DNA of 64,000 nt. It comes from Salpingoeca rosetta (Eukaryota > Protista > Choanoflagellata). Made by a program: the position numbers and the translations under genes. The notes beneath the pieces were generated by a model, which worked only from the letters and a program-made list of their open reading frames with translations, made no database searches and was not told the DNA's origin. Positions 46,529 to 64,000 of this stretch are shown here, one piece after another; position 1 is the first letter of the stretch; every line of letters starts with the position of its first letter. The DNA lies in NCBI GenBank assembly GCA_033442325.1, contig JAWQFM010000002.1, forward strand, positions 2,382,615 through 2,446,614, given 5' to 3'.

Positions 46529-48008
46529 AGCATGCCGCAGCTCCAGCAATAGGTCGACGACTGTGGATCATGGCGGGCTTGGTGATGGGCTTGGTGATGG
46601 GGGTGGTGGTCAGCACCGGTTCAGTGAACTTGCCGGCCAACCCCTCTTTGCCAACGCTTACTCCCGCTACCACACGTCACCATGTCGCTCGCTGCGCGCT
46701 GTTGTTGTTACTGCTTTCCTTTCCCTTTCCTTTTTTCTTCTTCGTTTGTTTGACTTCTGGCAAGCCGCAGGCTGCTGCTGCTGCCCCACTCGTCACTCGT
46801 TCGCCCACCTCCCGTTTGTTCAACACCCGGCCGTTTATCTCCACTGTTATTTCTCTCCATGTGCCGTTGGTGTCCTCCTCCCCCCCCCATCTTGTTGCCT
46901 CAACACATCACCGCGTTTTGGCCTGCACTAGCTCTTCCACTTGTCCTCAACAGTGTCTTGCAGCAGCAGCTTGCCTGCCTGCCTGCCTGCCTGCCTGTTG
47001 GATGGACCGTTGCTTGTTGCCGTGCACAATCCGGATTGATGGCTTTGCTTTCCCGGTTGCGACTTGTGACGCGTCATGTGTCCACAGTTCCCTTCCCGGT
47101 CTCAGTCACATTCGCTTGTTTTTTTGTCTTGTGTGTTTGTTTGTCTCGTGTTATTTGTTCGTTTGTTCGTTTGTTCGTTTGTTTGTTTGTTTGTGTGTGT
47201 TTTTCCTTCCTTCTGTATGAACCGCTCTGTGTCAATATCGCCATCGCCACTTTCCATTCACTGTTTCACCAGAAAGCTTTCGTTTCTCTTTTGCGTGTGC
47301 GTGTCGCCACGTCTGTCGTTGATTGCGACTCGCCTCATGGCTGTTGTTGCGCCCTTTCGACGTGCTTCAGGCACACACACGTCTGTGTCTTCGCCATTCC
47401 CTGGCCACTCTGTGCGTGTTTCCCGCCCGACTTTTGTAATTTTTCACCGTCTCCTCCCACTCGGCGGTTACCGCCTGCCCATCTCTCTTCCCTGACGCAC
47501 GGATGCACGAGTATGGTTGTCGTTGTTGCTGTGGTTATTCGCTGCACCGACACACACGGTCGCGCGATGGCTACCTTGCTTTGCTTGCATGCAAGCAGCA
47601 AGCGCGCCAATCAACTAGCATCACCGTCTTACATGCTCGTTGCTTCTAATCAGTGGAGGCGGGAAAGGCAGCGCGTTTTCTGCCTGTGTGTGTGTGTATG
47701 TTTGTTTGTTGAGTTGCTTATATTTAAGGGCAACCCTTGTTTGGATGTATGGACGTGTGTGTCGTGTGTGTATGATTCCTTGTCACGTGTGGGCCAACCA
47801 CTCAACTCAAACTCAAACTCATTCGTTTGCGCCAATTACAACCAAATCATGAGAAAGTATATGTAGATCATGTAAGAACCACAAGGTGTTAAGTGGATGA
47901 CAAGGAGGGCTAGAGGGAGGGCGTGTGTGCGTGTGCTTTAAGGAGAGGGGGAACGTTGGCAGAAGGACAGCGAGCCAAGGTGTGCACATGCCGTGTGTAC
48001 AGTGCCGT

Positions 48009-48048
<40 letters not shown>

Positions 48049-48065
48049 CTCTTGTGGCGACAGGC

Positions 48066-51344
<3,279 letters not shown>

Positions 51345-52161
51345 CTTGGAGCGTTTCAGGAGAAACGGAGCTGATTACAGCCGAGGGGAGGCGAGAAGGC
51401 GTGCAGCTGTCTTTGGGGGGGGGGGGGGTTGTGGCGGTGGTTGAAGCTGATATGGAAGCAGAGGAAATGCCTCAACAAAATGAGCCGACCCGCCATGCTG
51501 AAGACGTGCAAGTAGTGGAGTACGCAATGAATAAAGAAAGCACGGGAGAAGGCCTTGCGTTGGCACGCTCGCTCAGCGCGTGCCGTTTCCTGTGTGCGGG
51601 GTGAGTTGCGTGCGCGAGTCGGGCGTGGTGTATGAGCGAAGCAACGAACGCAAAAGCAATCGTGCAGTGGCACTGAAGCAGGGGTGGAAGGAGTAGACGC
51701 AGGCGCAAAAGAAGGCGATGTTGATGCACAAGAAGACGATGTAGGCGCAGGAGAAAACGAATCAGAAGCAGGAGCAGAAGCAGCAGCAGTCGAAGCAACA
51801 AACAACGAAGGTTACGGTGCTATTCTCACCTTGCTTCTGCCCAAAGCGTGATGCCAGACATGCTAGTGGCTTCGCTAAGCTTCGCTGCATAAGGCCTGCA
51901 TGCCTCCGGCCCCTTGCCTGTCTTTGTGAAGCCTAAGCAATGCAGGCAGTGAATTGTGTCGTGCTATCATCATGCATGGCATCTTGTGTCGTGCTGATGA
52001 CGTGTGCTGGTGGGATGGCTGGTGCTTTGCTTCGTTGCTCGTGGCGTCAGCATCGTTGTGTTGTTGTTCGTTGTTGGCGCGCCCGATTGCCGAAAATCAT
52101 ATGAAAATGTTCATCAATGTTCAAGAATCAAAAAGGCAGCGGACACAGCTCAAACTACAGC

Positions 52162-53377
52162 ATGAGTGTGGAGGACGTGCGTGCGTTGTTGGTGGAGAGC
52201 GTGAGGGCGGTATGTGGGGAACGGGCGATGGCGTGCGACCCATCCATCGCGCAGCTGCTAGGGAAGTCGTCGAGCGTGCTGCGTGCGGGCAACAAGAGCC
52301 GCGCACCGCAGTTTTCCTCGCGGCTCCCCTCAGCCTTGTTTGCTCGCTTGGTCGCCCTTCTTGCCACGCCACCACCACTACCACCACCACCACCACTACC
52401 ACCCTCGCGGCGCCGCGATGGTGGTGTGAGTGACGGTGCTGGCAAAGCACCCTCGTCTTCAACAGCAAGCACGACGACCACAGCCCTTGCAGCTGAGGAC
52501 GACAGCAAACGCGCCAAGCGCACTGGCAGCAGCAGCGGCGGCGGCAGCACCACGGCCACGGACGTTACAATGCAGGGCAGCCCAGGGACAGAAACCGGTG
52601 GGAGGGACTTGACCCTGGCACTTGGGCGGCCGGCTCGTGGGCGAGTACGAGGTCCACTACAGCTGGTCACCATCACGGACTTTGGGCGTGAGAAGCATGC
52701 GCGCTACAGCGATGCTGGAGCGTTTGCGCGTGCCATTGCCGCCGAGCTGGAGGCGCGCGGGCAAGCCGTGTTGGCATTTGTGGGCGTGAACAGTAAGCAC
52801 GACATTGACATCTCCACGCACATGCACGTTGCCAAGCAGCACGCGCACGACATGCTTCTCTGCCGGGACTGTGGTCACTTTTGCGCTGGCTTACGCGGTT
52901 TGCGTGATCATCAGCAGTGCTTTCACAAGCACACCTACGAACACTCGAAGGTACGCAAGCTTTAAATGTGGGCATGGGTGGGGGCATGGGTGGGATACAT
53001 GTGGGTGTGGGTGTTGGCATGAGTGTTAGCATGAGTGGGATCGTGGTCCTGTTTCTCGGCAGACATGCGCCACAAACACCACTACGCATTCACTTTACCT
53101 CATGCACTCACAGCGCGTGCCCTCACGAAATGTGTGCGTGTGCGTGCGTGTGTGTGTGTGGGGGGGGTCTTTCATCGCATGTGCAAACCGCCGCCCTCTG
53201 CTGTGTGATGCAGGAATCTGCGACATTGTCCAACGCGCCAATTGTTCCGTTTCAGAGCAACAGCGCCATGCACGTGCTTGTGGAGCAGTGGCGGAAGGAT
53301 GCGCAGCAGCAGCGCGAGCAAGCAAAGAAGCTTCTCCCACCGCTGCAGGTTGGTTGATGCCGTGGGACTTTTGCGAT

Positions 53378-53410
<33 letters not shown>

Positions 53411-53489
53411 TCTCGTGTGTATGCGTGTGTGTGTTCTCGTGTGTGTGTGTGTGTTCTCGTGTGTATGCGTGTGTGTGTTCTCGTGTGTA

Positions 53490-53552
<63 letters not shown>

Positions 53553-54968
53553 CATGAACTGCAATGCGGCGTTTGTCGTGACCGCACGCCCTTAATCCTG
53601 TTATCTTTGATCATTCAACAGGCGGCAAAGGATGGCGATCTGGGCGCGCTCAAGCGCATGTATGAAGCTGGCGCTGACGTCCACCAACGTGAGCATGTGT
53701 TTTGTGTTGTGCTGTGTTGTGTTGTGTTGTGTTGTGTTGTGTTGTGTTGTGTTGTGTTGTGTTGTGTTGTGTTGTGTTGTGTTGTGTTGTGTTGTGTTGT
53801 GTTGTGTAGTGTTGTGTAGTGTTGTGAGTGAGTGCGTGTGTGAGTGTGCGTGTGTTTTGAAGTGAGATTAAGTATTTTTTAGTGAGTATTTTTGAGTGAG
53901 TGACTGTGTGTGTTGTGAGTGAATGCTTGCCTGTGTTCACTCCTGTGTCCACTCCTGTGTGCGCTCCCGCGTATTGTCCAGCATACCCTCGCCCGTACAT
54001 GTACCCTTGGGTTTTACCGTTGCGGTAAATTACCATCCAAAAGCCAGTCAACGAACGGACAGCACTCACACCATCTCGCCACCACCATCACTCAACAACT
54101 CCAAATTGGCACAGGCGACCGGCACGGGTCTACGGTGCTGCACTGGGCGGCTGGTGGCGGCCATCTGCACATATGCCGCTGGTTTGTTGATGTTGCAGGT
54201 GGTGATGTGGCACACGCGCAGCCAGCGAGCGGCCGCAACGCCCTGCACTGGGCAGCACGCAACGGGCACATGGACGTGCGTGTAGGAGGGAGGGAGAGGG
54301 GATGGGAGGTGTTTTTGCGGAGGGGAAATGAGGGGTGTGTGTGTGTGTGTGTGTGTGTTGGGGGGGGGGGACGCATTATAGAAGGCTGATGTGAGTGTGT
54401 TGTTCGTTTGGTTTCGAACCATGCCATTGCATTCATTGCTCGATTGCTTTGCTCCTCCCTCACTTTCCATCGTCACTTTCCATCGTCTAACCCCCCCCCC
54501 CCACACACACACACACACACACGCACACACACGCACGCACACACACGCACGCACGCACACAGGTCTGTGCGTTTCTTGTTGATCGAGGGGTGGATGTGAA
54601 TTCGAGAACAACGGACGGCACGCCGCCACTGCACTGGGCCGTGTGGCAAAACCATGTGTCCGTGTGCGATTTTCTGGTGGACAACGGGGCCGATGTGCAC
54701 GCTCTCAACGCGTTTGGGTGCAACGCGGTGCAGTGGGCGGCGCAAGGTGGACACGTGCGCATGTGTGAATGGCTGCGCAGTCACGGTGTCGACTTCCACC
54801 TGCTCAACAACAACGGCCACAGCGCGTTCCACAAGGCGGCCATCTACGGTCACGAGGACGTCTGCAGATGGCTGCACGACGAGGTGCGTTGTGGTCAACG
54901 GGAATGGCGGAGATGGGGAGGTGTTGGAGTGAGAAGGTGGAGGATCTGTGTGTGATCTGTGTGTGATC

Positions 54969-55001
<33 letters not shown>

Positions 55002-55375
55002 TCTGTGTTGTGTGTGTGTGTGTGATCTGTGTTGTGTGTGTGTGATCTGTGTTGTGTGTGTGTGATCTGTGTTGTGTGTGCGTGTGTGTGATCTCTGTGT
55101 GTGTGTGTGTGCGCGCTTGCGCGCTCTCTCTTTCTCTCTCTCTGATATTTGTGCATGTACGTGCATGCACACATGCATGTATCCATGCTCCTTGCCTCTG
55201 AGTGATCAGCCAACCCCAACCCCAAGCGTAATTGCTGACTCGACTCACGTCCATGTCACCACTGCAACTAACCGCTGTGCAGGCTGGTCTTGGGCTGGCT
55301 CATCTTGGCGCTGACGGCGACGGCAACACGCCCATGGAGATGGCGCGCCTGGACGGGCACACGCGTACCACAGAG
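52162..55375 (+). CDS. C2H2 zinc finger plus ankyrin-repeat protein (3' end uncertain)
   Basis: CRDCGHFCAGLRGLRDHQQCFH (C-x2-C-x12-H-x4-H) is followed by ankyrin exons AAKDGDLGALK, GSTVLHWAAGGGH, GRNALHWAARNGH, GTPPLHWAVWQNH, GCNAVQWAAQGGH, GHSAFHKAAIYGH and GNTPMEMARLDGH. Confidence 0.85.
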
Positions 55376-55490
55376 GTTGGTGGTGATGATGGTTGGAGTA
55401 GTGGTTAGAGTGGTGGTGGTGGGTAGGGGCTGCTTTGGAGGTGATGGTGTTGTGTTGCAGCGTTTACCGTGTTGGCGTGCGCGCTCGCAC

Positions 55491-55637
55491 ACACTTTGCT
55501 GTTGCCAGGTCTTCTATTCCCGTCACACGCATACACATTCTCACACACACATGAATCTGACTTTGTTTGCATCAGTATCTGTCAGAGCTGCACAAGCGGC
55601 TGACGGATGCATCAAGCGATGACACGTGATGGAATGC

Positions 55638-55694
<57 letters not shown>

Positions 55695-55835
55695 TGCTGT
55701 TGCCAGGTCTTCTATTGCCGTCACACGCACACACATTCTCACCCACACATGAATCTGACTTTGTTTGCATCAGTATCTGTCAGAGCTGCACAAGCGGCTG
55801 ACGGATGCATCAAGCGATGACACGTGATGGAATGC

Positions 55836-55870
<35 letters not shown>
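55491..55870 (+). repeat. Direct tandem duplication of an approximately 200-bp unit ending in (CA)n
   Basis: actttgctgttgccaggtcttctatt...ggaatgcaac(ac)n occurs twice (from about 55491 and 55689) with few differences. Confidence 0.9.
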
Positions 55871-55872
<2 letters not shown>

Positions 55873-56079
55873 GCACACACACAAAAGGGAACGGGCGTTT
55901 AGGGCGGAGCCATGTGTGTGGCTTACTCGGGTCACTATATTGTGAGAATCATAAAATTTCGTACTATTCAGTTATAATTGGTGCTTTTGCTTCCGCCTTT
56001 CGAATTCCGGATACAAAAATAACCCATTCTGCCAATCAGTAATCGCATGCTTTGCGATTATACGGTGTTGGGAATGCCA

Positions 56080-56179
56080 NNNNNNNNNNNNNNNNNNNNN
56101 NNNNNNNNNNNNNNNNNNNNNNNNNNNNNNNNNNNNNNNNNNNNNNNNNNNNNNNNNNNNNNNNNNNNNNNNNNNNNNN
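56080..56179. other. Assembly gap (100 N)
   Basis: Run of n. Confidence 1.
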
Positions 56180-56370
56180 CCGCTTTTTTCCTCCTCTTAA
56201 TTTTAGAACACGGGGTTTTGGGTTTCTCCCGGACCACGGACACGATCACGATCACCTATGTTGTGGTCGTTCCCCTCCTCGTCGTCCCCGTTGCTCTCAT
56301 CGGGCATGTGGGTGGGTGGCATGAGCATGGACCACTCCCACTGCCTTCCATATGCATGCCAAGCAGCCCC

Positions 56371-60489
<4,119 letters not shown>

Positions 60490-60585
60490 GGCGGGCCGAC
60501 TCTGGGGTTATGTGAGGGAGGAGAGGGGACGGTAGAAGGGTGGTATGAGCGAGGGGGCATGGGAAGGGGGGGACAGGAGGGAGAG

Positions 60586-60659
<74 letters not shown>

Positions 60660-60759
60660 NNNNNNNNNNNNNNNNNNNNNNNNNNNNNNNNNNNNNNNNN
60701 NNNNNNNNNNNNNNNNNNNNNNNNNNNNNNNNNNNNNNNNNNNNNNNNNNNNNNNNNNN
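60660..60759. other. Assembly gap (100 N)
   Basis: Run of n. Confidence 1.
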
Positions 60760-60954
60760 ACGTACACATACACACACGCACACACGCACACACGCACACA
60801 CAATCTCTCCCTCTCCCTCTACACACACTCTCACATACACACACGCACACACACACACTCTCTCACTCTCTCTCTCTCTCTGTGACACACGCACACACAT
60901 ACACACACACCATTGATTGTGCGCGTCCGTCCAACGCAAAAGAAAAAACAACAT

Positions 60955-60981
60955 TGCACCGACAAGGACTTGAACCTGCCG
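60955..60981 (-). pseudogene. tRNA-like 3' fragment (T-loop/B-box plus 3' acceptor strand)
   Basis: The minus strand reads GCAGGTTCAAGTCCTTGTCGGTGCA, followed by a T-run. No 5' half is present. Confidence 0.5.
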
Positions 60982-61007
60982 AAAGAAAAACCACAACGAA
61001 GCAAGAG

Positions 61008-61014
61008 AAAAAAA
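61008..61014 (-). terminator. RNA polymerase III terminator (T7) of tRNA-Ser
   Basis: TTTTTTT lies 4 nt after the discriminator base on the minus strand. Confidence 0.75.
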
Positions 61015-61018
61015 TTTA

Positions 61019-61122
61019 CGCACCCAGCAGGATTTGAACCTACGCGGGCAGAGCCCAATGGCTTGCATTAATCCAATTAGGACATTCAAGGCCATCGCCT
61101 TCGACCACTCGGCCATGAGTGC
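61019..61122 (-). tRNA. tRNA-Ser(UGA) with a 21-nt intron at position 37/38
   Basis: Acceptor GCACTCA/TGGGTGC plus discriminator G; D arm TGGCCGAGTGGTCGAAGGC; anticodon stem ATGGC/GCCAT with loop CT-TGA-A[TGTCCTAATTGGATTAATGCA]A; long variable arm GGGCTCTGCCC; T arm GTAGG-TTCAAAT-CCTGC. Confidence 0.95.
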
Positions 61123-61261
61123 AACCATCTCGGTTGCCAAACAAGTGTGAATTTGGGTTTGTAAAGTTTCATGGAATTGTGTGTCCGAGTGAGTGCAATT
61201 TCCGTCGAAGTAGTACACAACAATTCACACGACAGTTCTGCGTGTGAGGACGACGATCACG

Positions 61262-64000
<2,739 letters not shown>

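Noticed and set aside
61019-61122. tRNA-Sec or opal suppressor
   Set aside because: TGA is the anticodon itself (reading UCA, Ser), and the arm lengths are standard Ser type.

Overview
Eukaryotic, intron-rich genomic DNA. GC-rich exons are separated by introns packed with (CA)n/(GT)n microsatellites. This style and the holozoan-type gene content resemble the choanoflagellate Salpingoeca rosetta (inference, not verified). Most ORF-track entries are microsatellite or antisense shadows, so genes were rebuilt by hand from GT-AG exons. In order, the window holds: an intronless Maf/CNC-like bZIP factor with an atypical basic region; WDR70 head-to-head with a divergent queuosine-salvage (QNG1/DUF2419)-like gene; an STPG/ODF3-like ciliary protein; an unknown protein; an ankyrin-SAM protein; RPA2; a large low-complexity protein with a tandem pair of small beta-rich repeats; EFHC2 (Rib72-type); a single-pass Cys-rich/(SG)6/mucin-repeat surface protein that looks like a proteoglycan core; a secreted Cys-rich/poly-Thr protein; a C2H2-ankyrin protein; an inversin-like ankyrin protein; an intron-containing tRNA-Ser(UGA) followed by a tRNA 3'-fragment; and a spliced Sola-type DDD transposase that runs off the right edge. 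There are three N gaps. The best leads are the proteoglycan-like protein, the polarised (GT)n...(CA)n intron architecture, the transposase abutting the tRNA, and the non-canonical bZIP.
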